Source: Escherichia phage EJP2
Sequence record: OQ411014.1
Direction: 5' to 3' (one strand)
Length of the DNA stretch: 64,000 bases
This document shows, piece by piece, positions 9,120 through 16,881 of the stretch (position 1 is its first letter; each line of letters opens with the position of its first letter). Under the pieces are notes generated by a model, which was not told the origin of the DNA, searched no databases, and saw only the letters and a program-made list of their open reading frames with translations. Made by a program: the position numbers and the translations under genes.

Positions 9120-9410
9120 ATGCAATACAGACCACTATACGACCATGTTCTTGCTAAACAGATTGTTCATGAAGCTAAGAGTTCTTTTGGTATCATCCTG
9201 AACAGTACTGGTGTAGAAGAGACAACTACTGCTACTGTTGTTGCAGTTGGTACTGGGTCGAAGAATAGCCTAGGGAAAGTTATTCCAGTTGGTGTAAACG
9301 TAGGTGATGTGGTATCATTCAGTCCTGATGCTGCTGTTCATCGTGTTACACTAGATGGTACTGAATATCTTGTTATGCGTAAAGATTGCATCTTAGGCGT
9401 ACAGGAATAA
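9120..9410 (+). CDS. GroES-like co-chaperonin (Cpn10)
   Basis: RPLYDHVLAK, AVGTG, VNVGDVV, ILGVQE align with E. coli GroES RPLHDRVIVK, AVGNG, VKVGDIV, ILAIVE. Confidence 0.75.
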   Translation: MQYRPLYDHVLAKQIVHEAKSSFGIILNSTGVEETTTATVVAVGTGSKNSLGKVIPVGVNVGDVVSFSPDAAVHRVTLDGTEYLVMRKDCILGVQE

Positions 9411-9411
9411 C

Positions 9412-9445
9412 ATAAAGGGAGCCATTATGGTTCCCTATTTTTATG
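9412..9445 (+). terminator. hairpin gggagccat/atggttccc followed by T-rich tract
   Basis: inverted repeat with one G-U pair after co-chaperonin gene. Confidence 0.55.
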
Positions 9446-9456
9446 AGGTCAATATA

Positions 9457-9798
9457 ATGAACGTGAATACCAGTACTGAACGATTGAAAATTTACGAAAC
9501 ACTAGAACGATATCTTGATATTGATGAAGTTAGTCCACAATATATTATTGACATTTTACAAAAACACGTCGATAATAATCCAGGAAAATGCCTTGTATGT
9601 TATTGCAACGAAGATATGTTAGAAATAACTGCTTCACACTTGGAAACTGATGAAGAATATAACGCCAGACAAAACTTTATCCAACAGCAGCAAGAACGAA
9701 AAGAAACTGAAAAACACATGAAAGCACTGATGAAGAAGTCATCACTCAGTACTGAAGAAAAAGCACTCCTAATCAAATACATTGAGGAAAACAAATGA
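9457..9798 (+). CDS. hypothetical protein
   Basis: start moved to ATG 9457 (gagg RBS, downstream of terminator); coiled-coil-like C-terminus. Confidence 0.45.
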   Translation: MNVNTSTERLKIYETLERYLDIDEVSPQYIIDILQKHVDNNPGKCLVCYCNEDMLEITASHLETDEEYNARQNFIQQQQERKETEKHMKALMKKSSLSTEEKALLIKYIEENK

Positions 9799-10568
9799 AT
9801 CGTGAAAAGATGCTTTATCATGCAAAAGAAAAGGGTTGTTTGAATTTTGATATCTACACAATGAAACGTGAAACACGTGATAACCTGGACTTCCTTTTGG
9901 ATGGTGACTTTTTAGATTTCAAAACAGACAGTGCATTCGGTAATGATCGCAACAGTAAATGGCAGGAATACGTAATCACCAATAGGGGTATTGCATTACT
10001 GGGAGTGTATCGTCTTGAGTATGCACATCTCAATGAACGTGATACTGAAAAACATATCGGTCGCATCGAACAACTTCGTGAATTACTTGATGTTGTTGAT
10101 GTAAAGCTAACTGATATTGAATATGCATTTACGAATAACCAACGTAAATCAGTGAACTACATGAACACCAACTATCCTACTGGTGCAAGTACATTAGTTC
10201 ACAAGATAAAAGAACAAGAAAAAAGTGTTGACACAACTCCCAATGATGAGCTATCATTACTCTCGTTGTTTGAGTTCAGTACTGAATTAGGTAAAAAAGG
10301 TTCCAGTACTAAACGCTCTGACGATTATGTCCTGAAGAAGTGTATGGAAGAACTTGGTGAGTTAGCTCTTGAAGTTACTATCAGTCAAGGTGAATCCTAC
10401 AAAGAACCAGGCAAAGATGGTGTCAAAGGTGAAGCAGTAGATTTAGCGATTTGTGCACTTGACATGTTCGCATTACAATGTAATAATATGAGTCCAGACG
10501 AGATAGAACGTGAGTTCTTGACTTATATGACAACTAAAGTGAATAAGTGGAGAAATACTCTAAAATGA
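9795..10568 (+). CDS. hypothetical protein
   Basis: 257-aa ORF; the C-terminal stretch ELGELALEV...GEAVDLAICALDM is acidic but matches no family motif recognised here. Confidence 0.45.
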   Translation: MNREKMLYHAKEKGCLNFDIYTMKRETRDNLDFLLDGDFLDFKTDSAFGNDRNSKWQEYVITNRGIALLGVYRLEYAHLNERDTEKHIGRIEQLRELLDVVDVKLTDIEYAFTNNQRKSVNYMNTNYPTGASTLVHKIKEQEKSVDTTPNDELSLLSLFEFSTELGKKGSSTKRSDDYVLKKCMEELGELALEVTISQGESYKEPGKDGVKGEAVDLAICALDMFALQCNNMSPDEIEREFLTYMTTKVNKWRNTLK

Positions 10569-10843
10569 GTAACACTAACAGTACTATCAAAGTTGAATGG
10601 TATGATAAAGTTACTGAAGTTCGTGCTCAGTGGGAGAATAATCATTTTATCTCTGACGGCGGGTTAGCTGGGCGAATCTACTTCAGTGATGAGTTCAATC
10701 AAGAATGGAGTGCTGGTGAACCTAAGTATTCAGTACTCCACGATGATGGACAATCTTCAGTAGTAGAGTTCGATGAAGAATGTGAGGAATTTGTTTCTGT
10801 TCAATCACATTTACCAATTATCTATTACAACAAAGAGAAATAA
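10565..10843 (+). CDS. hypothetical protein
   Basis: ATGA overlap with upstream stop; 92 aa. Confidence 0.45.
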   Translation: MSNTNSTIKVEWYDKVTEVRAQWENNHFISDGGLAGRIYFSDEFNQEWSAGEPKYSVLHDDGQSSVVEFDEECEEFVSVQSHLPIIYYNKEK

Positions 10844-11037
10844 TGAAAAAAGTTCTTGCAGTACTGCTATCTACTATGATAGTATCTTGTTCTGCTCCTG
10901 ATGTTAAACCTGGTGAAGCATACCAGGTTTATCCTGGACTGGTACAATTACAAATGCAGGGTGCAACGTACTCTTGTCATGAAATTCACGAAGATAATAC
11001 TCTATCTTTAATGTGTCGCAAAAACCGAATGAGGTAA
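10843..11037 (+). CDS. small putative lipoprotein
   Basis: signal peptide ending in lipobox-like IVSC; 64 aa. Confidence 0.4.
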   Translation: MKKVLAVLLSTMIVSCSAPDVKPGEAYQVYPGLVQLQMQGATYSCHEIHEDNTLSLMCRKNRMR

Positions 11038-11043
11038 TATAAC

Positions 11044-11376
11044 ATGAAAACTTCCGTACTAATTGCAGTTGATACCAGTGGTGAATACAACAACGAACAC
11101 ACCAAGAGTCGAGTACTGGACATTCTTCGTAACCTGTGTCCTCGTTCTAATGTTGATTTGATTACTTTCGATGCTGATGGTATTCTGCAATGGGATATTC
11201 CGGTGTTCCTTGAAAATAACATCGTCGGTTACGAAACCAAATCCGATTTCATGAGCATCCTTGAATATATGGATGAAACTGATTATGACCGTCAATTCAT
11301 TTTAGTTGAAAATTTTGATGGACTTCAAGACACAATTGATGTATATTCTCTGAAAACACACGGCTTTGTAGCCTAA
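11044..11376 (+). CDS. hypothetical protein
   Basis: 110-aa ORF, RBS gagg. Confidence 0.45.
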   Translation: MKTSVLIAVDTSGEYNNEHTKSRVLDILRNLCPRSNVDLITFDADGILQWDIPVFLENNIVGYETKSDFMSILEYMDETDYDRQFILVENFDGLQDTIDVYSLKTHGFVA

Positions 11377-11420
11377 AAAATAAACAACTTAGTAAATAAT
11401 TTCATATAGGAAAACAATAA

Positions 11421-11594
11421 ATGAGCAATACAAATAAACCCCTACTGTGTGGTCACTGTTCCAAAACACTGGGTGAACATAATTCCGTTGACGCAGGGTG
11501 TCCAATTCAAGTAGGGAAACTGGTCGTGGCTTTCAGTAAATCAAAGAAATTCACTGAACATGCTCCTATTGCTAAAATGGAATTCTTTTACTAA
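11421..11594 (+). CDS. small Cys-containing protein (below ORF-track cutoff)
   Basis: 57-aa ORF translated by hand; CGHC and GC cysteine pairs; agga RBS. Confidence 0.3.
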   Translation: MSNTNKPLLCGHCSKTLGEHNSVDAGCPIQVGKLVVAFSKSKKFTEHAPIAKMEFFY

Positions 11595-11741
11595 CTAACA
11601 AATGAAGTACTATAAGCCGTGCCGCTGGGTAATATCAGCATAAGACCGTACGCGACAGAAGCTAATACAGAGAGTCCCTACTCGGTATACCATCCTCTCT
11701 GGGCGATAGTACTTCACCCTTTAATTACAAGGAGTGCAGTG

Positions 11742-12380
11742 ATGAAAGACTTCAAAGATATGACCACATCAGATAAGTACTGGTACATCATCGAACATCC
11801 GGCGTTCATGAATGATGAGTTCGTTTCAGTAAACATCTGTGTTGAACCACAAAACGTATGCCCCATTACTGAACGTATCGAGAATTACAAACCACTGAAT
11901 ACTAAAGTTCAGTACTGGATAGAGTTCTGTCCTCCGTATAAAGATTCGTACACTAATAACAAATTCGTACAATCACACGATACTGATTGTGATTGTGGTG
12001 GTTGGACGTATGAAGAAGCAATCGATAATCTCTTCGATTTGGTTATCGAGAAGTACGGCTCTTACACCGACGAAGACCTAAAAACTAAAATGGGTGAAGT
12101 TTTTGGGACTACCAAACCAGTAATTTGGAAACGCAGCGTTGAGGATCGTGTCCAGGCACTACTCAAACAGCGTACATCAAATAAAGTAGAAGACCCGTTG
12201 GAATTCACTTTCTTAGAAAAAGATATCAAAAATCTAAAAGGTACACTCCATGCCTTGACTGAACATCGAAAGACTGCTAATATAGATTCATACAGTGAAA
12301 TTGACGATTGCATTCAGAATTGTAAAGTAGATATATCTATTCTGGAAGCATCATTAAAAATCGGAATGATGATTGAATGA
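11742..12380 (+). CDS. hypothetical protein
   Basis: ATG at 11742 with aaggag RBS preferred over the GTG at 11619. Confidence 0.5.
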   Translation: MKDFKDMTTSDKYWYIIEHPAFMNDEFVSVNICVEPQNVCPITERIENYKPLNTKVQYWIEFCPPYKDSYTNNKFVQSHDTDCDCGGWTYEEAIDNLFDLVIEKYGSYTDEDLKTKMGEVFGTTKPVIWKRSVEDRVQALLKQRTSNKVEDPLEFTFLEKDIKNLKGTLHALTEHRKTANIDSYSEIDDCIQNCKVDISILEASLKIGMMIE

Positions 12381-12751
12381 ATCCCAAATTAGAACGATTG
12401 GTAAATGAATTACGTACCCTGCCACCTTTGGAGTTAGATGAAGGTGCAGGGCGTAGACGTTATCGTGTTATTGCACGTGCACTTGATAAGCGTGGACGTG
12501 TGATTTGTACCAGAACTAACACGTATAAAACGTCACATCCAGTACAGAAGCATTTCGCGTTAAAGGTTGGTCGTCCTGATGCAATCTTTTTGCACGCTGA
12601 AATTTCAGTACTACTCTCTGCAAAACAGGATGTTCATACACTCCTTATTGCTAGAATCGATAGTAATGGTAATCCCGCTCTCGCTAAACCTTGCGAGATT
12701 TGTTCTATCGCAATTCAGCAATACGGTGTAAAAGAAATTATCCATACATAA
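12377..12751 (+). CDS. CDA-fold zinc-dependent nucleotide deaminase (dCMP deaminase-like)
   Basis: HAE and PCEIC zinc-binding/catalytic motifs at deaminase spacing; 124 aa. Confidence 0.55.
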   Translation: MNPKLERLVNELRTLPPLELDEGAGRRRYRVIARALDKRGRVICTRTNTYKTSHPVQKHFALKVGRPDAIFLHAEISVLLSAKQDVHTLLIARIDSNGNPALAKPCEICSIAIQQYGVKEIIHT

Positions 12752-12760
12752 GGAAGTACA

Positions 12761-13318
12761 ATGACTATTATCGTGAATTTAGTAGGTGGTCCGTGCTGTG
12801 GAAAAAGTACTACTGCTGCTGGACTATTCAGTACTATGAAACTTCAAACAACTAACAAGGTTGAACTTGTTACTGAAGTTATCAAAGACCATGTGTACGA
12901 TGAGAACAAAGGTGCAATGCAAGACCAGGTTCTTCTTACTGCTGAACAGAATCACCGATTCAAACGTTTAGATGGTAAAGTTGATTTTGTAATCTCGGAC
13001 GCTTCCCTTTTGAACGCAATCGTGTATAATCAGTTCTACAATCAAAACAAAGATATCAGTACTGAACTATCTCGTAAACTATTCGAGAAGTACGATAACG
13101 TTGTATTCTTCCTTCCACGTAAGCCTCAATATGATGCATACGGACGTACACAGTCAGAAGAAGATGCACGTTTCATCGATGAACTTTTCGAGAGTGTGTT
13201 CTGGGAATATTCTATTCCTTTCATTGATATGCGTGAATATACTCACGATGTTCTTCCAGAAAAGATTCTTGAGAAACTTCAAGAGAAATTTGGCAATACT
13301 GTAACCCTACGAGGCTAA
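12761..13318 (+). CDS. P-loop NTPase/kinase (AAA_28/NadR-like)
   Basis: Walker A GGPCCGKST at N-terminus; 185 aa. Confidence 0.5.
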   Translation: MTIIVNLVGGPCCGKSTTAAGLFSTMKLQTTNKVELVTEVIKDHVYDENKGAMQDQVLLTAEQNHRFKRLDGKVDFVISDASLLNAIVYNQFYNQNKDISTELSRKLFEKYDNVVFFLPRKPQYDAYGRTQSEEDARFIDELFESVFWEYSIPFIDMREYTHDVLPEKILEKLQEKFGNTVTLRG

Positions 13319-13319
13319 T

Positions 13320-13502
13320 ATGAAAACAATCTTCAGTAAAGAGTACGATGGAGAAGATCTTTACGATCTAAATCGTGATATCAGTGAAGCACTGGATGAA
13401 CGATTCAATACGTTAGTAGGTTCAATCCCTACTGATGAAAATGGTATTCAAGAAGGTAAATTCATTGTAACAGTAAAGTGGACTGCACACGAGGATGACT
13501 AA
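13320..13502 (+). CDS. hypothetical protein
   Basis: 60-aa ORF in tight operon spacing. Confidence 0.4.
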   Translation: MKTIFSKEYDGEDLYDLNRDISEALDERFNTLVGSIPTDENGIQEGKFIVTVKWTAHEDD

Positions 13503-13945
13503 TGCTTCAGTACTGTGATGGTATAGAGGTTAGTCACTATATAGAATCCAGAATACACAAGTATGATTTCTTAGGTTTTCTACCATTGATTGATGTGGAC
13601 GGTCTTGAGTACTATACTGTTGAAAACAAAGGTAGATTGAGTGATATTTTTGCACGTGTTTCTCCTGTTATTGGTGAGGAATCGGACATGATTACTGAAC
13701 TTGAGTATTGGTTCACTCAACCGATTCCCCAAGATGCACGAGAAGAACGAAAGTTATATCATGAATATTATCGTGATGAATTTATAAAACGCTTGCAAGA
13801 ATGGAAATACTGTGTTAGATTCTTAGGGTGCGACGACGCTGATTACTTCATGCGTTTCAAAAACAAGGAACATGCTCTGGAGTTCCTAAATACCGTCAGT
13901 TCGTTTGACGAAATATATAATCATGAACATTCAATGATGTGGTAA
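13502..13945 (+). CDS. hypothetical protein
   Basis: 147-aa ORF, start overlaps upstream stop. Confidence 0.5.
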   Translation: MLQYCDGIEVSHYIESRIHKYDFLGFLPLIDVDGLEYYTVENKGRLSDIFARVSPVIGEESDMITELEYWFTQPIPQDAREERKLYHEYYRDEFIKRLQEWKYCVRFLGCDDADYFMRFKNKEHALEFLNTVSSFDEIYNHEHSMMW

Positions 13946-13955
13946 GGAAAATATA

Positions 13956-14369
13956 ATGGCTAATACTATTGCAATGAAAAACACAACCACTGGTGAAATC
14001 CGTAATGGTTTCACTGGTTTCTCTTGGACAACCCTGTTCTTCTGGGCTTTCCCAGCAATCTTCCGAATGGACTTTGTTACATTCATCGTGGTGTTCCTAG
14101 TAACACTAGTACTGTCAGCTACTACCATGTTCGGTGGTGCTATCCTAGTAATCGTATGGGCGTTCCTGTACAACCGTTACTACACCATTAGTCTTATCCG
14201 AAAGGGTTACAAGTTCAATGGTACTCACGAAGAGAACAAAGCAGCAGCAATGATTCTCAGGATTGAACTAAATGCTAATAACTGTCTAACTACTGAACCA
14301 GTACCACAAACTCCAGCACCTGCACCAGTTGCACAACCTGAAGTTCAGGGAGAACCAGTACAGAAATAA
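13956..14369 (+). CDS. membrane protein with Pro/Ala/Gln-rich C-terminal tail
   Basis: two hydrophobic helices; 137 aa. Confidence 0.5.
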   Translation: MANTIAMKNTTTGEIRNGFTGFSWTTLFFWAFPAIFRMDFVTFIVVFLVTLVLSATTMFGGAILVIVWAFLYNRYYTISLIRKGYKFNGTHEENKAAAMILRIELNANNCLTTEPVPQTPAPAPVAQPEVQGEPVQK

Positions 14370-14380
14370 TCCTCTCTAAG

Positions 14381-14406
14381 AGCGTCCTTTATGGACGCTT
14401 TTTTCG
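14381..14406 (+). terminator. hairpin agcgtcc/ggacgct followed by T7
   Basis: perfect 7-bp stem plus T-tract. Confidence 0.8.
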
Positions 14407-14526
14407 TTTTATGTTAATGAAATATAACAGTACTAATATTGATTTAGGTCAACGTATTTTGGGCTTCATGGACGTATAATTCTTCTCAATGGATGTAAAT
14501 AATTTACTAATAACAAGGAGAAGAAT

Positions 14527-16332
14527 ATGAAACATGATAAACTATACGCAGATGTGAACGATTTCTTGAGTCAGAGTAATCCTGATATTCTACAAGAGAA
14601 TGCTAACAAAGATTCCAAAATGGTGAATACTCACAGGGATTTACTCGCTGGGATACTTTCCAAACACTTCGCAGAGGAAGTTATCTCAGATGATTTGATG
14701 AAGTGGCATACTGAAGGTTATGGTCATATTCATGATTTAGATTACTACATTAGCCCGTTGACTAACTGTTGTTTAGTGAACTATCAAGAGATGCTAGAGA
14801 ATGGTTTCAAATTGGGTAATGCACAAGTTGGTTCCCCTAATAGCATTGGTGTAGCGTGTACAGTACTGACACAGATAGTACTGGCAGTTTCAGCTTCACA
14901 GTACGGTGGACAGTCCTTAGCTCACATTGATGCCGGATTAGCTCCGTATGTTCGGAAATCTCACGAACGTCTATTGAAGGAACAAGAAAAGTATAATCTA
15001 CCAGATGAATACGTTACTTCTGCTCTTGAGAAGGAAGTGTATGATTCTATGCAAGCAGTACTGTACCAAGTGAATACCATCACAAGTTCCAATGGACAAA
15101 CGCCTTTTATATCTATTAGCTTAGGTTTGGACACTTCTGTGTATGGTCGGATGATTACTTCTGCGTACTTGAAAGTTCATGAGAAAGGTCTAGGTAAAGA
15201 TGGTACTACTCCTGTATTCCCTAAAGTTATTTTCTTTTTGGATGAAGGTACTAACTTCAAGCCTAATGACCCAAATTACGATCTAAAGGTACAAGCGATG
15301 CAATGTGCATCAAAACGCATCTATCCTGACTTTGTTTCAGTACCGAAGAATAAAGAAGTAACTGGCAGTACAAGTACAGCAGTAACACCTATGGGTTGTC
15401 GTTCTTTCCTGTCACAATGGAAAAACGATGACGGTACTGAACAATACAACGGTCGCTTCAACTTAGGTGTAGTATCCATCAACTTACCGCTAATTGCTCT
15501 TGAAAGTCCGTCAGAAGAGGATTTCTATAGTAATGTGCGTCATCATATGGATATTGCATTCAGAGCACAGATGAACCGTGTAGAGCGTCTAAAGAGCATG
15601 AAAGCGAAGCAGAACCCTACACTTTTCATGGAAGGGGCAATTGCTCGTCTAAAAGCAGATGACACTATCGAAGAGCTATTTTATGATGGTTATGCGAGTA
15701 TTAGTATTGGATATGTCGGTTTAGCTGAATGTTCAGACATTTTACGTTCAGGACTGGATAAAGATTTTTGTGTAGAAATCCTGACCTTTATGAAAAATAT
15801 TTGTAATTCCTATACTGAAAACTCCAAAATCGCTTTTAGTCTGTACGGTACACCTGCGGAGTCATTATGCTACAAATTTGCGAAATGTATCGAGAAAAAG
15901 CATCCTTCAGTACTGAAACGTGATTTTATCACTAACTCATTCCATCAACCAGTTTGGGTGGATAGTACTCCATTTGAGAAGTTCAAATACGAAGAAGGGT
16001 TCTCTTTGCTCAGTAATGGTGGTAATATCAGTTACGTTGAAACTCCTAACCTTGCACAGAATATGAAGGCTCTAGAAGGTATTATTGACTATGCTTATCA
16101 CAGAATCCATTATTTTGGAATCAACCAGCCTGTTGACAGATGTTATGCTTGTCAGTTCAATGGTGAGTTCAAAGTAGATAAAAATGGGTTTCATTGTCCA
16201 CAATGTAATAACCGAGACGAAACGAAGATGTCTGTCATTAGACGTGTTTCTGGGTACTTGAGTTCTCCTAATAGCCGTCCTTTCAACAAAGGTAAGCAAC
16301 AGGAAGTAATTGTAAGGGTAAAACATAAATGA
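14527..16332 (+). CDS. nrdD: anaerobic ribonucleoside-triphosphate reductase
   Basis: 601 aa; C-terminal RVSGYLSSPNSRPFNKGKQQE glycyl-radical-type tail; immediately followed by radical-SAM activase. Confidence 0.85.
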   Translation: MKHDKLYADVNDFLSQSNPDILQENANKDSKMVNTHRDLLAGILSKHFAEEVISDDLMKWHTEGYGHIHDLDYYISPLTNCCLVNYQEMLENGFKLGNAQVGSPNSIGVACTVLTQIVLAVSASQYGGQSLAHIDAGLAPYVRKSHERLLKEQEKYNLPDEYVTSALEKEVYDSMQAVLYQVNTITSSNGQTPFISISLGLDTSVYGRMITSAYLKVHEKGLGKDGTTPVFPKVIFFLDEGTNFKPNDPNYDLKVQAMQCASKRIYPDFVSVPKNKEVTGSTSTAVTPMGCRSFLSQWKNDDGTEQYNGRFNLGVVSINLPLIALESPSEEDFYSNVRHHMDIAFRAQMNRVERLKSMKAKQNPTLFMEGAIARLKADDTIEELFYDGYASISIGYVGLAECSDILRSGLDKDFCVEILTFMKNICNSYTENSKIAFSLYGTPAESLCYKFAKCIEKKHPSVLKRDFITNSFHQPVWVDSTPFEKFKYEEGFSLLSNGGNISYVETPNLAQNMKALEGIIDYAYHRIHYFGINQPVDRCYACQFNGEFKVDKNGFHCPQCNNRDETKMSVIRRVSGYLSSPNSRPFNKGKQQEVIVRVKHK

Positions 16333-16799
16333 ACTACCAAACTATCGTAATTGATGATATGGTGAACGGTGAGGGCATTCGCTGCTCTCTGTTCGTCAGT
16401 GGGTGCAGTCATGGCTGTGAAGGGTGTTTCAACGAAAAAGCGTGGGATTATCGCTCTGGATTTGAATACACTACCAGTACTGAAGAATGTATCCTAGAAG
16501 AGCTTCAGAAGGATTATGTGAGTGGTTTATCGCTATTAGGTGGTGATCCACTCATGCCGAAGAACATTATTGAGGTAATTGCTCTTTGTAAGAAAGTAAA
16601 GGAACAATTCCCAAATAAGACCATTTGGTGCTGGAGTGGGTACACTTTAGAGGAAATCCAAGAGAATCATGCTAAGGACGTATTACAGTACTTAGATGTT
16701 CTTGTGGATGGAAAGTTCGACTTAGAGAAGTATGACAGTACTGTTCAGTTCAGGGGTTCGAGTAATCAACGAATTCTGTATAAAGGTACTGACTTTTGA
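16329..16799 (+). CDS. nrdG: anaerobic RNR activating protein (radical SAM)
   Basis: CSHGCEGC radical-SAM cysteine cluster; 156 aa; ATGA overlap with nrdD. Confidence 0.8.
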   Translation: MNYQTIVIDDMVNGEGIRCSLFVSGCSHGCEGCFNEKAWDYRSGFEYTTSTEECILEELQKDYVSGLSLLGGDPLMPKNIIEVIALCKKVKEQFPNKTIWCWSGYTLEEIQENHAKDVLQYLDVLVDGKFDLEKYDSTVQFRGSSNQRILYKGTDF

Positions 16800-16803
16800 A
16801 TAT

Positions 16804-16828
16804 AGGCTCCTTTATGGAGCCTTTTCTA
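16804..16828 (+). terminator. hairpin aggctcc/ggagcct followed by T-rich tract
   Basis: perfect 7-bp stem after nrdG. Confidence 0.7.
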
Positions 16829-16881
16829 TTATAAAGGAGGTATAAATAAGTTATCGGATATCTATAACTAAGGGATATGAA

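Noticed and set aside
9795-10568. MazG-type nucleotide pyrophosphohydrolase assignment for the 9795 ORF
   Set aside because: Suggested only by an acidic E..E/E..D-like stretch (ELGELALEV...GEAVDLAICALDM); too weak by eye to call a family, so the ORF is listed as hypothetical.
11598-11741. GC-richer 140-bp spacer read by the ORF track as a GTG-initiated N-terminal extension (11619)
   Set aside because: The ATG at 11742 has a canonical AAGGAG RBS; the upstream stretch is more likely an untranslated leader. It may be regulatory but the evidence is insufficient to call a feature.
14527-16332. Group I intron or homing endonuclease inside nrdD or thyA, as in T4
   Set aside because: Both ORFs are uninterrupted and full length with conserved termini; no insertion seen.
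16841-16848. T4-type late promoter TATAAATA upstream of the first fibre gene
   Set aside because: Only this single exact octamer was found; it does not recur before the sheath, tube or other structural genes, so assigning a T4-like late promoter class is not supported.
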